This document shows, piece after piece, positions 63,831 through 64,000 of a stretch of 64,000 nucleotides of DNA. The position numbers and the translations under genes are program-made. The stretch comes from Lytechinus pictus (taxonomy: Eukaryota). The stretch covers positions 8,124,001-8,188,000 of the forward strand of contig NC_087251.1 of the NCBI RefSeq assembly GCF_037042905.1, read 5' to 3'. The notes under the pieces are model-generated. The model was given only the letters and a program-made list of their open reading frames with translations. It did not search any database and had not been told where the DNA came from. How positions within the stretch are numbered: the stretch's first letter is position 1; each line of letters opens with the position of its first letter.

Positions 63831-64000
63831 CACAAAATCTCCAAATCTACATCATCAATTATCTTCAGAATATCATCAGATATGGGGACTTATCATGTGA
63901 TGTGTATACCGGTAAAACAAGTTCAAGGTCAAAAGGTCATCATGACGTCATCTAGACGCCATTTTGTAAAATCACATTATCAATCATATCTTCATTATCA

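Overview
AT-rich, intron-containing eukaryotic DNA from an invertebrate animal; the repeat landscape resembles sea urchin (inference, not verified). Two spliced minus-strand genes were reconstructed by hand from splice sites with consistent phases. (1) A complete aftiphilin (AFTPH) CDS: 7 coding exons from ATG 42268 to TGA 7360, 2706 nt = 901 aa, with a putative CpG-rich 5' region near 45.0-45.9 kb. (2) TAF6L (SAGA/STAGA subunit): 10 coding exons from 61018 to stop 52690 (583 aa visible); its N-terminal histone-fold exon was not found in the window. A candidate first exon of a divergent plus-strand gene (AAGATGGCGAT|GTAAGT) lies at about 63785, inside a palindrome. Introns carry many non-autonomous DNA transposons, several nested: TTAA-flanked Kolobok-like, hAT-like, Harbinger-like and foldback MITEs, and Helentron/HINE-like elements with tandem cores. 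The most unusual features are a 34-bp minisatellite whose unit contains the AFTPH stop codon, a mirror-symmetric start-codon/splice-donor palindrome plus a ~640-bp degenerate inverted repeat upstream of TAF6L, and a candidate dual-use micro-exon in AFTPH. No RNA genes, CRISPR arrays or transposase ORFs were recognised, and I see no clear evidence for a wholly new multi-gene system.
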